Shown: in pieces, positions 56,732-64,000 of the stretch
Layout: the number at the start of each line of letters is the position of its first letter
Position numbering within the stretch: position 1 is the first letter of the stretch
Assembly: GCA_963665125.2 (NCBI GenBank)
Contig: CAXXUK010000001.1
Location: 3,040,001 to 3,104,000 of the forward strand
Direction of reading: 5' to 3'
Source of the DNA: an uncultured Desulfarculus sp.
Lineage (GTDB): Bacteria > Desulfobacterota > Desulfarculia > Desulfarculales > Desulfarculaceae
DNA: 64,000 nucleotides
Notes under the pieces: generated by a model
What the model was told of the DNA's origin: nothing
What the model saw: the letters and a program-made list of their open reading frames with translations, nothing else
Database searches by the model: none
Made by a program: the position numbers and the translations under genes

Positions 56732-59700
56732 TTGTCCACGGTATTCAAACCAATATCAGCACTTCAAGTTATTTTTTTGCTATTGGCGGCAGGGGCATTG
56801 CTCTGTCTGCCGCCACCGGCCCAGGCCGCCCGTCACGCTAAAACCAAGATTCTGATCATCAACACCTGGCACCAAGGCTTCCCCTGGAGCCAAAATCTGC
56901 TCGACGGCGTCAATGAGGTCCTGGGCAATAAAAAAAGCAGTGTAGTCCACATTACCCACATGGACACCAGAGGCGCGGGCGATCCCCTGTACCTGAAAAA
57001 CCTGGTCGAAGTCTATCGTGTCAAGTACAAGGGCAAGAAGTTCGACTGCGTGATCGCGGCGGGCCAGGTGGCCTATGAGTTGCTGCTGAACAAGGGCCGC
57101 GAGCTATTTCCGGACACGCCGCTTGTGTTTACCGGAGTCAGCGACTTGGCGGGCATGACCATGGGCCACCGCAGCTACATGACCGGCGTGCTCAAAACCA
57201 GGGATTTTCGCCAGACCGCCGACGAGGCGTTGCACCTCTGGCCCAGGGCCAAAACGGTTTACGTGATCACCGACAACACGGACGAGGGCAGGGCTCTTAA
57301 CCAAACTGCCCGGCAACAACTCCAGGGAATGGTCCGGACCGAAGTCCGATATCTGGATGGTTGTGAGCTCAGCACAAGGCAAATGTTGGACACCCTGGCC
57401 AAGATCAGCCCGGACAGCATCGTGCTGTTCACCCATTGGTTCGCCGACGCCGACGGCGCCAGTCAGACCCTTTTCGGCACGTTGAGCGATGTGATTTCAA
57501 GCAGCCCGGCACCGGTTTTCGGTGTTTTCGACTATGAGTTGGGCAAAGGCGTCATCGGCGGCAAACTGGAAAACGGTGCCGGCCAGGGCCGCGCCGCCGC
57601 AAAAATGGCCCTTCAGCTGATCCAGGGGACCAAGCCGGAAGATATTCCCCTGATGATGCGCAGCACCAACTCGTTCATGTTCGATTACAACCAATTGAAA
57701 CGCTGGAAAATCGACATGTCCAAACTGCCTCCGGGCAGCACTGTCATCAACCGGCCCAACACCTTTATCGACCGTCATAAAAGACTGATCACCGGCATCG
57801 CCCTTTTCGTGATCGCCCAAAGCCTGCTTATTATCTGGCTGGTGATCATCAACCTAAAAAAACGCAAGGCCGAAGCGGAACTGGAGACAAGCCGACGGGA
57901 TCTGGCCATCACACTCAACTCCATCGTGGAGGCGGTGATCACCACGGACCTGGAAGGCAAGGTGACCAGGATGAATCCCGTGGCCGAAGAGTTGACGGGC
58001 TGGCCGAGACAAAAGGCCGAAGGCAAGCCCCTGGACCAGGTCTGCCAGCTATTCGGTGAGGTGCAAAGGGATTTCCTGGACAACATTACCCAGCGAATAC
58101 TCAATGGCAGCCTGGCCATGATGGGCGAAACCTTTACCCTGTGCTCGGCCGACGGAGCCGAGCGGCCGGTTACGGTCAGCGCTTCGGCGATAAAGGGTTC
58201 GGTGGGCCGGGTGATAGGCGTGGTAATGGTCTTGCGCGATGTATCCGAAGAACGCAAGGCCGCCCAGGCCCTGCGCCGCAGTGAAGCGCGCTACCGCTCC
58301 CTCTACGACGCCATGCACGAAGGTGTGGCCCTGTATCAGATTATCGACAAACCGACCGGCGATCCGGACTTCGTGATCCTGGACCTTAATCCGGCATTTG
58401 AAGACATTGTAGGCAAGGTCCGCAGCCAGATGGTGGGCATGTGGTGTTCCATTGCCATGGGCGACAGCATGCCCCGCGTCCTGAACGCCCTGCGGCAAGT
58501 CGCCGCCGATGGCAACCCCATATCGTTCGAAGATGATTTCGCGGAACTGGGCAAGTCTCTCAAGGCCGAGGTCTTTTCACCCAGCGAAGGCCTGTTCGCC
58601 ACGGTGATCGAAGACGTCACCGAGGCTCGCAAGGCCCAGTTCGCCCTGGCCAAAAGCGATGAAAAATTCCAAAAGGCCTTCTTCAACCACCCAGACGGAG
58701 TGACTATTTCCAGGGCGGACGACGGCGTGTTCCTGGAAACAAACCAGGGCATGGCCGCAATTTTAGGTTATGAAATCGAGGAGATCAAAGGCCAGTCGGC
58801 AATTGATCTGAACGTATGGGCCCTTCCCGAAGACCGTGCATTTTTATACAAGATCATCCAAGCCAAAGGCGTTTTCCAGAACGTAGAGACAGTCTTCCGG
58901 CGAAAGGACGGTTCACTCGTGCCGGTTCTGCTGTCCGGCGCGACGATCTACTTTGACGGTCAGCAGACGGTGTTGGCCATCACCAGGGACATTACCACGG
59001 CCAAGGCGGCCGAGGAGGCCCTGCGCCGCAGCGAGGAAAAATTCCAGGCCGCATTCCATTCCAGTCCGGAGAGCATCGCCATCATCGAGCTTCATTCCGC
59101 CCGGATAATCGACGTAAATGACGTATTCACTCGAACTTTCGGGCTGTCCCGGGAAGACGCGTTCAATTCTCACACGTTCAGCATCCAAACCTGGGTCGAT
59201 GACAACCGGCGAAAAGAGTTCCTCAAACAAATACTGGAGTACAAAGAGGTTCGGGACTTTGCCGCCGACATGCGCAACAGGCAGGGACAGATCAAGAACA
59301 TAATGATCTCCGCAAGGCATTTGGAAATAGACAACCGCTCCTGCACGATTTGCGTATTGCGCGACATCACCGATCTGAAAAAGGCGGAACAGGCCAAGCT
59401 GGACCTGGAAGACCAACTGCGCCAATCGCAAAAAATGGAAGCCCTGGGCACCCTGGCCGGAGGCATCGCCCACGAATTCAACAATATTCTCGCCGCCATC
59501 ATCGGCCACGCGGAACTGGCCACACTGAAACTCACCCATGAACAACCCCCCGATCTACAGATAAAAAACATCCTTTCCGGCGCGGAAAGGGCCAAGGCTC
59601 TTACCAGACAGATACTGACCTTCAGCCGCGAGGGAGGCCAGGAGCTGACCCCGGTCAGGGCGGGACAGCTCATCCGGGAATCCGTGGAATTGCTCAGGGC

Positions 59701-60553
59701 CTCCTTGCCCTCAACAATCAATATTCGTTGCGATATCAATGACGACGGCGTGATCTTGGCCGACCAAAGCACCTTGAACCAGGTTGTAATGAACCTGTGT
59801 ACAAATGCCGCCCATGCCATGAGGCTCGGAGGCGGAACCATTGAAGTGCGCCAATATTTGATCCTCGATCACGATTCAGGTCAACAGTGGCTGAAGCTGG
59901 AGGTAAGCGACAGCGGAGCCGGAATCGACCCGGAAATCAAAAACCGGATATTCGAACCCTTTTTCACCACCAAAAAACCCGGCGAAGGCACGGGGCTGGG
60001 GCTCAGCGTGGTGCACGGCATTGTTTCCGGCTTGGGCGGCACCATCCAGGTAAAGGACCGGCCGGGAGGGGGAACGGTCTTCACTATTGAACTGCCGGTC
60101 TACGACGCGGACATTCAGCAAACGGCGGGCCAGGATCCGGCGCCTACCGAGGGCAATGAACGGGTCATGCTCGTCGACGACGAAAAGTCGCTGCTCAAAG
60201 GCCTGGGCGACTTGCTGACCATTTTGGGCTACCGGGTCTCCAGCTTTGACGACAGCCGCAGGGCCCTGGAGGCCTTTGAACAAAACCCCGACTCCTTCGA
60301 CGTGCTCATCACCGATCAAACAATGCCCGGCCTCACCGGCACGGAACTGACGGCGCGCATCCACGCGCTGCGCGGCGGCATGCCGGTGATTCTGTGCACC
60401 GGATATTCTCAGACGGTCTCCCCGGAAAAAGCCGCGGAACTGGGCATAAGTTATTTTCTGCAAAAACCATTCAGCCACGCCGAGTTGGCCTGCGCCATCC
60501 GGCAGGTGGTAGACGGCCCCGAACATTCCGGGTGCGCCGTAAAAATGAACTAG
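56732..60553 (+). CDS. Hybrid sensor histidine kinase (periplasmic binding domain, four PAS, HisKA, HATPase, REC)
   Basis: GGIAHEFNN, NLCTNA, SDSGAG, FFTTK and GTGLGL; receiver LVDDE...TDQTMP...KP; start uncertain. Confidence 0.93.
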   Translation: MSTVFKPISALQVIFLLLAAGALLCLPPPAQAARHAKTKILIINTWHQGFPWSQNLLDGVNEVLGNKKSSVVHITHMDTRGAGDPLYLKNLVEVYRVKYKGKKFDCVIAAGQVAYELLLNKGRELFPDTPLVFTGVSDLAGMTMGHRSYMTGVLKTRDFRQTADEALHLWPRAKTVYVITDNTDEGRALNQTARQQLQGMVRTEVRYLDGCELSTRQMLDTLAKISPDSIVLFTHWFADADGASQTLFGTLSDVISSSPAPVFGVFDYELGKGVIGGKLENGAGQGRAAAKMALQLIQGTKPEDIPLMMRSTNSFMFDYNQLKRWKIDMSKLPPGSTVINRPNTFIDRHKRLITGIALFVIAQSLLIIWLVIINLKKRKAEAELETSRRDLAITLNSIVEAVITTDLEGKVTRMNPVAEELTGWPRQKAEGKPLDQVCQLFGEVQRDFLDNITQRILNGSLAMMGETFTLCSADGAERPVTVSASAIKGSVGRVIGVVMVLRDVSEERKAAQALRRSEARYRSLYDAMHEGVALYQIIDKPTGDPDFVILDLNPAFEDIVGKVRSQMVGMWCSIAMGDSMPRVLNALRQVAADGNPISFEDDFAELGKSLKAEVFSPSEGLFATVIEDVTEARKAQFALAKSDEKFQKAFFNHPDGVTISRADDGVFLETNQGMAAILGYEIEEIKGQSAIDLNVWALPEDRAFLYKIIQAKGVFQNVETVFRRKDGSLVPVLLSGATIYFDGQQTVLAITRDITTAKAAEEALRRSEEKFQAAFHSSPESIAIIELHSARIIDVNDVFTRTFGLSREDAFNSHTFSIQTWVDDNRRKEFLKQILEYKEVRDFAADMRNRQGQIKNIMISARHLEIDNRSCTICVLRDITDLKKAEQAKLDLEDQLRQSQKMEALGTLAGGIAHEFNNILAAIIGHAELATLKLTHEQPPDLQIKNILSGAERAKALTRQILTFSREGGQELTPVRAGQLIRESVELLRASLPSTINIRCDINDDGVILADQSTLNQVVMNLCTNAAHAMRLGGGTIEVRQYLILDHDSGQQWLKLEVSDSGAGIDPEIKNRIFEPFFTTKKPGEGTGLGLSVVHGIVSGLGGTIQVKDRPGGGTVFTIELPVYDADIQQTAGQDPAPTEGNERVMLVDDEKSLLKGLGDLLTILGYRVSSFDDSRRALEAFEQNPDSFDVLITDQTMPGLTGTELTARIHALRGGMPVILCTGYSQTVSPEKAAELGISYFLQKPFSHAELACAIRQVVDGPEHSGCAVKMN

Positions 60554-60577
60554 CGCACCACCCCTGTTTAAAGTCGC

Positions 60578-60627
60578 TTGACAGGGCGCTCGCCCAATGC
60601 GATTATCTTGTATGCTAACTATCTTGG
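60578..60627 (+). promoter_or_regulatory. marR promoter with overlapping MarR-like box
   Basis: TTGACA-17-GATTAT with extended TG; TATCTTG at 60604 and 60620. Confidence 0.5.
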
Positions 60628-60635
60628 AATAACCT

Positions 60636-61046
60636 ATGCCCATATATGAAGACTGCATAATATTTTTATTGGCCAAGGCCTTTCAAAAGGCTCACGGCAC
60701 GGCCAAATCCCGCTGGAAGGAATACGGGTTGACCCCTGAGCAACAGCTTGTGCTGGCCACGGTCGTGGAAATGGAAGGAAGCTCGGCCGGGGAAATCGGA
60801 CAGGCCTTGCGGCTCGACAGCGCCACGCTTTCGGGCATTTTGGAGCGCATGGCCGACAAGGGCTTCATTGAAAAGCGCCAGGATGAAAACGACCGCAGAG
60901 TCGTACGGATATTTGCCAATCCCCAGATGCGCGACAAGCTGCCAAAAATGTTGGAGGAGCGCGACGATGTGAATGAAGAGGTTTTGGCCCCGCTGACCCA
61001 TGAGGAACGGGTGCTGTTCAAGCGGATGCTCCGGGAAATCAGCTAA
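60636..61046 (+). CDS. MarR-family transcriptional regulator
   Basis: YGLTPEQ, LDSATLSGILERM and DENDRRVVRI motifs. Confidence 0.92.
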   Translation: MPIYEDCIIFLLAKAFQKAHGTAKSRWKEYGLTPEQQLVLATVVEMEGSSAGEIGQALRLDSATLSGILERMADKGFIEKRQDENDRRVVRIFANPQMRDKLPKMLEERDDVNEEVLAPLTHEERVLFKRMLREIS

Positions 61047-61062
61047 ATTTTTTTCGGCGAAT

Positions 61063-61078
61063 ATCTTGTGTACAAGAT
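61063..61078. promoter_or_regulatory. Palindromic operator upstream of the oxidoreductase
   Basis: ATCTTGT-GT-ACAAGAT; the same half-site occurs in the marR promoter. Confidence 0.6.
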
Positions 61079-61129
61079 TTATCAGACCCCACGCCACAAC
61101 GGCTCGACCATATATCAGGGAGGAGAGTC

Positions 61130-63379
61130 ATGAGTAGTTGGCATAAGACGGGCTGCGTGCTTTGCGCCCAAAACTGCGGCTTGGAGATTTTGGTCGAAGA
61201 CGGACGCATGACCAAAGTCAAGCCGGACAAGGACAACCCGCGCAGCAAAGGCTATGCCTGCCGCAAGGGCCTCAACGTGATCTACCACCAATACCCGGCC
61301 GACCGCCTGACCCAGCCTCTCAAGCGGGTGGGCGACAAGTTCGAGCCCATCGGCTGGGCCCAGGCCATTGATGAGATCACCGATAAGCTGAAAGGCCTAT
61401 TGGCCGAGCACGGCCCCCGCTGCCTGGCCTACATGGGAGCTTCGGCCCAGGGCGGCCATATGGAGGGCGCATTCGGCGTGGGCCTGATCCGGGCCCTGGG
61501 CTCGCAATATTTCTACACCTCGGCGGGCCAGGAGTTCAGCGACCCGTGGTGGGTCAACGGCCGCGTGCTGGGCAAGCAGTACCTGATGCCGGATACCGAC
61601 GAGCACCACAGCGAAATGCTGGTGGCCTGGGGCTGGAACGGCATGCAGAGCCACCAGATGCCCCGGGCGCCCATCACGCTCAAGGAATTCAGCAAAGACC
61701 CGGACAAGACCCTGGTCTGCGTGGACCCCCGCAAGAGCGAAACCGCGGCGATCGCCAACCTGCACATCGCCGTCAGGCCGGGCACCGACTCCCTGTTCAT
61801 CAAGGGCCTCATCTCCCTGATCATTGAAAAGGGCTGGGAGGCCAAGGACTACATCGCCGAACATGTCCATGGCTGGGATGACATAAAAGGCTGGTTCGAA
61901 GGATTCGACTATCGCGGGGCCTTTGAAGTCTGCGAGGTTGAATATGAACAGGCCCTGGAATTCGCCAAGCTGCTGACCACCAAAAAGTGGTGCGTGCACC
62001 CCGACCTGGGCATGTACATGAACCGCCGCAGCGCCTTGAGCAACTATATGCTGGCGGTGCTCATCGCCGTATGCGGACGCTACTGCGTGCCCGGCGGCAA
62101 CGTCATCGCCGGCATGGTCATGCCCCTGGGTTTCCACGCCGATGAACGCAGCGACAAGGTCTGGCGAACGGTGGCCACCGGTCTGCCCCCCGTGGCGGCC
62201 GGCAGCTTCCCCCCGGCGGTGATGCCCGAGGAAATCATGAGCGGCGACCCCCGGCGCCTGCGGGCCGTTTTTGTCAGCGCCTGCAACCCCCTGCGCTCCT
62301 ATCCGGACACCACGGCCTATGAAGAGGCCTTCGGCAAGCTGGACCTGCTGGTGGTCAACGATATAGTGATGAGCGAGACGGCCCGGCTGGCTCACTACGT
62401 GCTGCCCTGCCGCACTTTCTACGAGTCGTGGGACACCACCTTCTTCCCCCTGACCTATCCCGAGGTTTACATGCAGGTCCGGGGGCCCATCCTGCCCCAG
62501 CCCGACCTGTGCCTGGAGACGACCCAGATCACCACCCTAATCGCCGACAAGATGGGCATCATCCCGGATATCCCCAAGGAGATCCAGGAAGCGGCCAATG
62601 ACGCGGCCGACGGCGACAGGCTCACCTTCGGGGCCAAGCTTATGGAATGGACGGGCCAGGAGCCGGGGGTCATGAAGGCCATGCCCTTTGTCCTGGCCAA
62701 GACCCTGGGCCGGGTCTGGAACTCGGCCGCCTTGGGGGCCCTGTGGGGCATGCTGATGACCGCGCCAAAGGCCTTCCATAAAAACGCCATGCGCGCCGGA
62801 TTTGAAAAGGGCTTTGACCTGGGCGACCGCGTTTTTCAGGCGCTGTTGGACAACCCACAGGGCATGTGGGTGGGCAAGGTGGACGAGAACGAGGCCTTCA
62901 GCGCCTTGAAAACCGAGTCGGGCAAGGTGGAGGTGTTCATCCCCGAATTGGCCGACATGATCAAGGGCCTCACGCCCCAAAGCGAGGCCGCCGATCTGGA
63001 GATGACCCCGGAATACCCCATTGTTTTGCACAGCGGAAGGCATATGAGCATGAACATCAACACGCTCATGCGCAACCCAGAGTGGAACAAGGGCAAGCGG
63101 GCCTGCACCATCGCCGTGCACCCCGAAACGGCGTCCGGGCTGGGTCTGACCGACGGCCAGCAGGTGCGGATCACCACCGAGGCCGGCAGCGAGGTGGGTG
63201 AATTGGAAACCACCGAGCAAATCCGGCCCGGCACGGCCATCGTGCCCCATGGCTTCGGTCTGAACTACAACGGCCTGATCTACGGCGTAAATGCAAACCG
63301 CCTCAGCAAAAATACCAACCGTGATTTCATGGGCACGCCGCGCCACCGTTTTATACCCTGCCGCATCGAGGCAGCCTGA
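61130..63379 (+). CDS. Molybdopterin-dependent oxidoreductase (DMSO reductase superfamily), cytoplasmic
   Basis: CVLCAQNC...ACRKG Fe-S motif, VDPRKSETA, RPGTD, SETARLAHYVLP and C-terminal Molydop-binding domain; no Tat signal. Confidence 0.92.
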   Translation: MSSWHKTGCVLCAQNCGLEILVEDGRMTKVKPDKDNPRSKGYACRKGLNVIYHQYPADRLTQPLKRVGDKFEPIGWAQAIDEITDKLKGLLAEHGPRCLAYMGASAQGGHMEGAFGVGLIRALGSQYFYTSAGQEFSDPWWVNGRVLGKQYLMPDTDEHHSEMLVAWGWNGMQSHQMPRAPITLKEFSKDPDKTLVCVDPRKSETAAIANLHIAVRPGTDSLFIKGLISLIIEKGWEAKDYIAEHVHGWDDIKGWFEGFDYRGAFEVCEVEYEQALEFAKLLTTKKWCVHPDLGMYMNRRSALSNYMLAVLIAVCGRYCVPGGNVIAGMVMPLGFHADERSDKVWRTVATGLPPVAAGSFPPAVMPEEIMSGDPRRLRAVFVSACNPLRSYPDTTAYEEAFGKLDLLVVNDIVMSETARLAHYVLPCRTFYESWDTTFFPLTYPEVYMQVRGPILPQPDLCLETTQITTLIADKMGIIPDIPKEIQEAANDAADGDRLTFGAKLMEWTGQEPGVMKAMPFVLAKTLGRVWNSAALGALWGMLMTAPKAFHKNAMRAGFEKGFDLGDRVFQALLDNPQGMWVGKVDENEAFSALKTESGKVEVFIPELADMIKGLTPQSEAADLEMTPEYPIVLHSGRHMSMNINTLMRNPEWNKGKRACTIAVHPETASGLGLTDGQQVRITTEAGSEVGELETTEQIRPGTAIVPHGFGLNYNGLIYGVNANRLSKNTNRDFMGTPRHRFIPCRIEAA

Positions 63380-63384
63380 TTTTT

Positions 63385-63427
63385 CGCCTTTGCCGCGCCA
63401 GGGTCTATACTCGGCGCGGCAAAGGCG
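63385..63427. terminator. 15-bp inverted repeat after the oxidoreductase
   Basis: CGCCTTTGCCGCGCC-N13-GGCGCGGCAAAGGCG. Confidence 0.65.
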
Positions 63428-63487
63428 GTATTATTTCGCACATCATTAAAAAAACCAAAAAAACCCCAAAAAAAAACGCCCATGGCC

Positions 63488-63516
63488 TTGCACGGACCTG
63501 GCTGGGTGCTTATCAT
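63488..63516 (+). promoter_or_regulatory. Sigma70 promoter of groESL
   Basis: TTGCAC-17-TATCAT with A-tracts upstream. Confidence 0.6.
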
Positions 63517-63523
63517 CGTTGCG

Positions 63524-63550
63524 TTGGCACTCGCACACCAAGAGTGCTAA
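63524..63550. promoter_or_regulatory. CIRCE element (HrcA operator)
   Basis: TTGGCACTC-N9-GAGTGCTAA, one mismatch from TTAGCACTC-N9-GAGTGCTAA. Confidence 0.93.
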
Positions 63551-63635
63551 CAAACTCGGGTAACAGCAATTGGCGCCGCTATTCGGCGCAAATTTCAGAC
63601 AAGTAAACCACATTTTCTCTCAAGGAGAGGCGCTC

Positions 63636-63923
63636 ATGAACATCAAACCGTTGCAGGACCGCGTTATCGTCAAGCGGCTGGAAGAAGAAGAAAAGACCGC
63701 CGGTGGCCTGATTATCCCCGATGCAGCCAAAGAAAAGCCCCAGTCCGGCAAGATCCTGGCCGTTGGCCCTGGCAAGGTTCTGGATAACGGCACCAAGGTC
63801 GAACTCACCGTCAAAGAGGGCGACACCGTGCTGTTCGGCAAGTATGCCGGCACCGAGATCAAGATCGACGGCGAAGAGGTCCTGATCATGCGCGAAGACG
63901 ACATCCTGGGCATCGTCGAGTAA
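63636..63923 (+). CDS. groES: Co-chaperonin GroES
   Basis: [25 protein letters not shown] and GKYAGTE motifs; RBS GGAGAGG. Confidence 0.98.
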   Translation: MNIKPLQDRVIVKRLEEEEKTAGGLIIPDAAKEKPQSGKILAVGPGKVLDNGTKVELTVKEGDTVLFGKYAGTEIKIDGEEVLIMREDDILGIVE

Positions 63924-63984
63924 TTACATCCAGGCCCAACGCTATCCTGTTAACCGAAAAAAATAACTCATTGGAGTATGTTAA

Positions 63985-64000
63985 ATGCCTAAAGAGCTGA
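63985..64000 (+). CDS. groEL: Probable start of chaperonin GroEL, truncated by the window
   Basis: RBS GGAG then ATG CCT AAA GAG CTG (MPKEL) directly after groES; only 5 codons visible. Confidence 0.6.

Noticed and set aside
61130..63379. Selenocysteine formate dehydrogenase
   Set aside because: No in-frame TGA, no (C/U)H active-site motif, and no Tat signal or partner subunits.
1..64000. CRISPR arrays, tRNA/rRNA genes, prophage or defence systems
   Set aside because: No regularly spaced repeats, RNA gene signatures or such protein motifs were seen by eye; a short tRNA could be missed without tRNAscan.

Overview
GC-rich bacterial chromosome segment with about 55 protein-coding genes and no rRNA, tRNA, CRISPR or intact transposase that I can recognise. 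Gene content (dissimilatory-type sat, nifU/nifS, selenocysteine-containing selD, mce, acyl-CoA dehydrogenases, CIRCE-controlled groESL) points to a fatty-acid-oxidising sulfate reducer, probably Desulfobacterota; this is an inference. Main loci: (1) LiuR-like MerR regulator with a near-perfect operator and two atypical acyl-CoA dehydrogenases; (2) divergent pgk followed by a multi-hairpin MITE/ncRNA-like element; (3) creatininase-LysR-HAD-selD cluster in which selD reads through an in-frame TGA with a SECIS-like hairpin, truncated by the ORF track; (4) c-di-GMP cluster; (5) rlmE-yebC-ruvC-ruvA...ruvB, split by a 4.2 kb five-gene islet encoding secreted proteins built from four copies of an unrecognised ~90-aa beta-rich domain; (6) NCS2 permease and tpa-ald-GntR taurine-type module; (7) mce, nifU-nifS, sat and queD; (8) HDOD protein with a degenerate kinase domain; (9) MarR with a stand-alone molybdopterin oxidoreductase; (10) groES and the start of groEL. 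All family calls come from motif recognition by eye; no database searches were run.
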